Below, piece after piece: positions 39,178-43,806 of a stretch of 43,806 nucleotides of DNA. The notes beneath the pieces are model-generated. The model was not told the origin of the DNA. It was given only the letters and a program-made list of their open reading frames with translations, and ran no database searches. Each line of letters starts with the position of its first letter. Positions within the stretch are counted from its first letter, which is position 1. The position numbers and the translations under genes were made by a program. The stretch lies in the sequence record DRR378314_1034; one strand, written 5' to 3'.

Positions 39178-40260
39178 ATGACTTCTAAAACAGTTTTACA
39201 TGCAAAGCACCTTGAAGCTAACGCTAAAATGGTTGATTTCCACGGCTGGGAAATGCCAATCAACTATGGTTCACAAATCGAAGAGCACAACGCAGTGCGC
39301 ACCGATGCTGGCATGTTTGACGTATCGCACATGACGATTGTGGATGTTAAAGGCGAGCAAGCACAAGCATTCTTACGCAAACTAGTTGCTAACGACGTGG
39401 CTAAGTTAACTGTTCCAGGTAAAGCTTTATACACAGGTATGCTTAACGAACAAGGCGGCGTAATCGACGACCTTATCATCTACTTCTTCTCTGAAACGCA
39501 ATACCGTTTAGTTGTTAACTCAGCAACTCGCGAAAAAGATTTAGCACATATGGCTAAAGTATCAGCTGATTTTGCCGTTGAAGTGACTGAGCGCCCTGAG
39601 TTTGCAATGATTGCAGTACAAGGCCCTAATGCTAAAGCAAAAACAGCCACACTTTTAACCGCTGATCAACAAGCTGCTGTTGAAGGTATGAAGCCATTCT
39701 TTGGTGTTCAAGTTGGTGATTTATTTATTGCGACAACAGGCTATACTGGCGAAGACGGTTATGAAATTGTAGTACCGAACGATCAAGCTGCTGATCTTTG
39801 GCAACAACTGCTAGATGCAGGTGTTAAACCAGCAGGCCTTGGCGCACGTGACACACTACGTTTAGAAGCAGGTATGAACCTTTACGGCCTAGATATGGAC
39901 GAAAGCGTTTCACCACTTGCAGCAAACATGGCGTGGACCATTGCGTGGGAGCCTGAAGATCGTGACTTTATCGGTCGTGATGTATTAGTTAAGCAACGCG
40001 CAGAAAAAAGCACAGACAAACTAGTTGGCCTAGTGCTTGAAGAAAAAGGCGTGTTGCGTAGCGGTTCAAAAGTAATCATTGAAGGTGGCGAAGGCGTTAT
40101 TACCTCTGGTACTTTCTCACCTACTCTTGGCTTTAGTGTTGCCCTTGCACGTGTACCACGTTCAACTGGCGAGACAGCTCAAGTAGAAATGCGTAAAAAA
40201 TTAGTAAACGTAAAAGTAGTTAAACCAAGCTTTGTACGTAACGGTAAGTCTGTACTTTAA
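39178..40260 (+). CDS. gcvT: Glycine cleavage system T protein
   Basis: [47 protein letters not shown]. Confidence 0.97.
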   Translation: MTSKTVLHAKHLEANAKMVDFHGWEMPINYGSQIEEHNAVRTDAGMFDVSHMTIVDVKGEQAQAFLRKLVANDVAKLTVPGKALYTGMLNEQGGVIDDLIIYFFSETQYRLVVNSATREKDLAHMAKVSADFAVEVTERPEFAMIAVQGPNAKAKTATLLTADQQAAVEGMKPFFGVQVGDLFIATTGYTGEDGYEIVVPNDQAADLWQQLLDAGVKPAGLGARDTLRLEAGMNLYGLDMDESVSPLAANMAWTIAWEPEDRDFIGRDVLVKQRAEKSTDKLVGLVLEEKGVLRSGSKVIIEGGEGVITSGTFSPTLGFSVALARVPRSTGETAQVEMRKKLVNVKVVKPSFVRNGKSVL

Positions 40261-40314
40261 AGTATTAATTAAAATTTGGTGTTATCACCCAATATAAACC
40301 AAAGGATGAATAAA

Positions 40315-40704
40315 ATGAGCAATATCCCTAGCGAGTTAAAGTATGCCTCTTCACACGAGTGGGTTCGCAACGAAGGTGACGGTACTTTCACTGTAGGTAT
40401 TTCTGAGCATGCACAAGAGCTTCTTGGCGACATGGTATTTGTTGAATTACCAGAAGTAGGCGACGAAGTAGACGCTGGCGAAGATTGTGCAGTTGCAGAG
40501 TCTGTTAAAGCAGCATCAGACATCTACGCACCAATCGGTGGCGAAATCATTGCAATCAATGAAGATCTTGAAGATGCACCAGAAACTGTAAACAACGACG
40601 CTTACGGCGACGGTTGGTTATTCCGTATTAAAGCATCTGATGAGTCTGAGCTTGAAAACTTGCTTGACGCTGAAGGCTATGCAAACACTATCGACGAAGA
40701 CTAA
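40315..40704 (+). CDS. gcvH: Glycine cleavage system H protein
   Basis: SHEWV, lipoyl-Lys motif ESVKAASD; start ATG 40315. Confidence 0.97.
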   Translation: MSNIPSELKYASSHEWVRNEGDGTFTVGISEHAQELLGDMVFVELPEVGDEVDAGEDCAVAESVKAASDIYAPIGGEIIAINEDLEDAPETVNNDAYGDGWLFRIKASDESELENLLDAEGYANTIDED

Positions 40705-40724
40705 TCATTAGTTTTCGCCGTACT

Positions 40725-40760
40725 AAAAGCCCCGTCATACACAGTACTAACGGGGCTTTT
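40725..40760 (+). terminator. Intercistronic terminator-like hairpin between gcvH and gcvP
   Basis: AAAAGCCCCGT-N14-ACGGGGCTTTT. Confidence 0.65.
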
Positions 40761-40880
40761 ATGATTTTACCGCTTACCTTCCCATACATTGTAAGTCACT
40801 AAATCAAAAAGCTTTTAAGTTATTGCTAGTTACCCATTAGTGATAACCATTTATTTTTTGGATCATAGGAATCTGGACAA

Positions 40881-43772
40881 ATGTCAAACGCCAAATCTCT
40901 TGAACAATTAGAGCAAACGCAAGATTTTATTCGCCGCCATATTGGGCCAAGCCCAGCACAAGTAAGCGATATGCTAAGTGCTCTAGGAGTATCGAGTGTT
41001 GAAGAGCTGATCGGTCAAACTGTACCTGCAAGCATCCGCTTAGAAGAAGGCCTAACAATCGGCGAAAGCCGCACTGAAGTTGAAACACTAAGCTACTTAA
41101 AATCAGTAGCCAGCAAAAATAAAGTGTTCAAATCTTATATTGGTCAAGGCTACCACCCAACTCATGTACCACACGTAATTTTACGTAACGTACTTGAGAA
41201 CCCAGGCTGGTACACAGCGTACACTCCATACCAACCAGAGATTGCTCAAGGGCGTTTAGAGTCATTACTAAACTTCCAAACTATGACCTTAGACCTTACG
41301 GGTCTTGATTTAGCAAGTGCATCATTACTTGATGAATCAACCGCTGCTGCAGAGGCAATGGGCCTTGCAAAGCGTGTATCTAAAGCTAAAAAAGCGAATA
41401 TCTTCTTTATTGCAGATGACGTACACACACAAACAATTGACGTAGTTGCAACACGTGCTGACCAATTTGGTTTTGAAGTTGTGGTAGGTCCTGCGGCTGA
41501 TGCAGTGAATCACGAGATTTTTGGTGCGTTATTCCAATACCCGTCAACATCAGGTGAAGTGGTCGACATCACTGATTTAATTGCTGGCGTACAAAGCAAA
41601 AAAGCGATTGCCTGTGTTGCAGCCGACATCATGAGCTTATTGCTATTAAAAGCACCGGGCAAACTAGGCGCAGACGTAGTACTTGGTTCTGCTCAGCGCT
41701 TTGGTGTACCAATGGGTTACGGCGGTCCTCACGCTGCATTCTTTGCAACACGTGATTCGTACAAGCGCTCATTACCAGGTCGTATCATTGGTGTATCTAA
41801 AGACCGTTTAGGTAACGACGCATTACGTATGGCAATGCAAACGCGCGAGCAACACATTCGCCGCGACAAAGCCAACTCAAACATTTGTACAGCGCAAGTA
41901 TTACTTGCCAATATGGCAGCGTTTTACGCGGTGTACCATGGCCCACAAGGCTTAAAAACAATCGCACAGCGTATTCATCGCTTTGCTGATATTTTAGCTG
42001 CTGGTCTACAAGCTAAAGGCGTAAACCTGAAGCACAGCACATGGTTTGATACCCTAACTGTAGTTAGCGACAACAAAGACGACGTAGTAGCACGTGCAAT
42101 TGCAAGTGGCGTTAACTTTGCAACTAACCATGACGGCGAATACTCAATTGCAGTATCAGAAACCACAACCCGCGCAGATGTCGCTGAACTATTCGACATC
42201 ATCCTAGGTGAAGGCCATGGTTTAAGTGTTGATGCAATTGCCGCTGACATTGAAGCAAACGGTAGCGAGTCAATTCCGGCAAGCCTAGTACGTGATGACG
42301 AAGTGCTAACGCACCCGAACTTCAACTCGTACCACAGCGAAACTGAGATGCTGCGTTATATCAAGCGTCTTGAAAACAAAGATTTAGCGCTTAACCACTC
42401 AATGATTTCGTTAGGTTCATGTACTATGAAACTAAACGCGACAGCTGAGATGATCCCAATCACGTGGCCTGAGTTTGCTAACCTTCACCCATTCTGCCCG
42501 CTAGACCAAGCAGAAGGTTACCAAATCATGATTAACGAACTACATGATTGGTTGGTTAACATTACCGGTTACGACGCCGTATCACTACAGCCAAACTCTG
42601 GCGCACAAGGTGAATACGCAGGCTTAATCGCAATTCGTAAATACCACGAGTCACGTGGCGATGCACACCGTAACATTTGTTTGATCCCAAGTTCAGCGCA
42701 CGGTACTAACCCGGCATCTGCACAAATGGCGAGCATGAAAATCGTAGTTGTTGATTGTGACAAAAACGGTAACGTTGATATGGCTGACCTTAAAGCGAAA
42801 GCTGAAGAAGTATCAGAAAACCTATCATGCATTATGATCACATACCCGTCTACGCACGGTGTATACGAAGAAACAATCCGCGAAATTTGCGACATCGTGC
42901 ACGAGCACGGCGGCCAAGTTTACATGGACGGCGCAAACATGAACGCCCAAGTAGGTGTAACTAGCCCGGGTTCTATCGGCTCAGACGTATCGCACTTAAA
43001 CCTGCATAAAACGTTCTGTATTCCACACGGTGGCGGTGGCCCAGGTGTTGGCCCAATCGGTGTTAAATCACACCTTGCGCCATTTATGCCTAACCACAGC
43101 GTAATTAACGTACCTGGCACTAATGAAGGCAACGGCGCGGTATCAGCAGCACCATACGGCTCAGCAGCTATTCTACCAATCTCATGGGCTTATATTGCCA
43201 TGATGGGTAGCGAAGGCCTTAAACAAGCCACTGAAATGGCGATTGTGAATGCCAACTACTTAACGCACGAGTTAAGCCAGCACTTCCCAATTTTATATCG
43301 TGGTCGCAACAACCGTGTTGCTCACGAATGTATTGTTGACTTGCGCCCATTAAAAGAAGCGTCAGGCATTACTGAAATGGACGTGGCTAAGCGCTTACAA
43401 GATTACGGCTTCCACTCACCAACCATGTCGTTCCCAGTAGCGGGCACATTAATGGTTGAGCCAACTGAGTCTGAGTCTAAAGTTGAGATCGACCGTTTCA
43501 TCGAAGCGATGGTATCAATCAAAGGCGAAATCGAAAAAGTAACGTCAGGCGAATGGTCTATCGAAAACAACCCGCTAGTGTTTGCACCGCATACACAAGC
43601 TGACGTACTAGGTAATGAGTGGGATCGTGCATACGACCGTTTCTACGCAGCATTCCCAGTACCGAGCGTAGCAAAAGACAAGTTCTGGCCTACAGTAACA
43701 CGTATCGATGACGTATACGGCGACCGTAACCTAGTTTGTTCATGCCCAGCGGTAGAGACATATCGTGATTAA
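40881..43772 (+). CDS. gcvP: Glycine dehydrogenase (decarboxylating), P protein
   Basis: [24 protein letters not shown] motif [10 protein letters not shown]-terminal [15 protein letters not shown]. Confidence 0.98.
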   Translation: MSNAKSLEQLEQTQDFIRRHIGPSPAQVSDMLSALGVSSVEELIGQTVPASIRLEEGLTIGESRTEVETLSYLKSVASKNKVFKSYIGQGYHPTHVPHVILRNVLENPGWYTAYTPYQPEIAQGRLESLLNFQTMTLDLTGLDLASASLLDESTAAAEAMGLAKRVSKAKKANIFFIADDVHTQTIDVVATRADQFGFEVVVGPAADAVNHEIFGALFQYPSTSGEVVDITDLIAGVQSKKAIACVAADIMSLLLLKAPGKLGADVVLGSAQRFGVPMGYGGPHAAFFATRDSYKRSLPGRIIGVSKDRLGNDALRMAMQTREQHIRRDKANSNICTAQVLLANMAAFYAVYHGPQGLKTIAQRIHRFADILAAGLQAKGVNLKHSTWFDTLTVVSDNKDDVVARAIASGVNFATNHDGEYSIAVSETTTRADVAELFDIILGEGHGLSVDAIAADIEANGSESIPASLVRDDEVLTHPNFNSYHSETEMLRYIKRLENKDLALNHSMISLGSCTMKLNATAEMIPITWPEFANLHPFCPLDQAEGYQIMINELHDWLVNITGYDAVSLQPNSGAQGEYAGLIAIRKYHESRGDAHRNICLIPSSAHGTNPASAQMASMKIVVVDCDKNGNVDMADLKAKAEEVSENLSCIMITYPSTHGVYEETIREICDIVHEHGGQVYMDGANMNAQVGVTSPGSIGSDVSHLNLHKTFCIPHGGGGPGVGPIGVKSHLAPFMPNHSVINVPGTNEGNGAVSAAPYGSAAILPISWAYIAMMGSEGLKQATEMAIVNANYLTHELSQHFPILYRGRNNRVAHECIVDLRPLKEASGITEMDVAKRLQDYGFHSPTMSFPVAGTLMVEPTESESKVEIDRFIEAMVSIKGEIEKVTSGEWSIENNPLVFAPHTQADVLGNEWDRAYDRFYAAFPVPSVAKDKFWPTVTRIDDVYGDRNLVCSCPAVETYRD

Positions 43773-43806
43773 TAATTTTTAGAATTTCCATTTAAAAGTT
43801 GGGAAT

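Noticed and set aside
377-43132. Many 60-150 aa ORFs overlapping or antisense to long genes in the ORF track
   Set aside because: They are shadow frames of well-supported genes, with no recognisable motifs.
1-43806. CRISPR arrays, IS elements, prophage, tRNA or rRNA
   Set aside because: No repeat-spacer array with repeats of 20 bp or more, no transposase, integrase or phage ORF, and no tRNA/rRNA signature seen by eye.

Overview
Chromosomal window from a marine gammaproteobacterium; gene content and order are Pseudoalteromonas/Alteromonadales-like (inference). The left part holds ettA, a secreted M24 peptidase, a MetJ-boxed metA plus a two-gene (split) metH, small accessory genes, a chemoreceptor with PAS and poly-HAMP domains, and hrpB. 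The centre has a 6S RNA gene (ssrS) without its usual zapA and ygfA neighbours, divergent from ygfB-pepP-ubiH-ubiI. About 14.8 kb separates ubiI from gcvTHP. It contains (i) an AraC-linked sugar-utilisation locus (TonB receptor, flavin-dependent halogenase, MFS permease, ROK kinase, GH20 hexosaminidase) with a readable operator motif and unusual intercistronic RNA structures, (ii) a FecA-like receptor with a Fur-like box, and (iii) a LysR regulator divergent from a truncated GcvT paralog that has lost its catalytic motifs and lies directly upstream of gcvT. The best candidates for undescribed biology are the GcvT pseudo-enzyme/LysR pair and the halogenase-containing hexosamine locus. No CRISPR array, IS element, tRNA or rRNA was seen. 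All calls come from reading the sequence; no searches were run.
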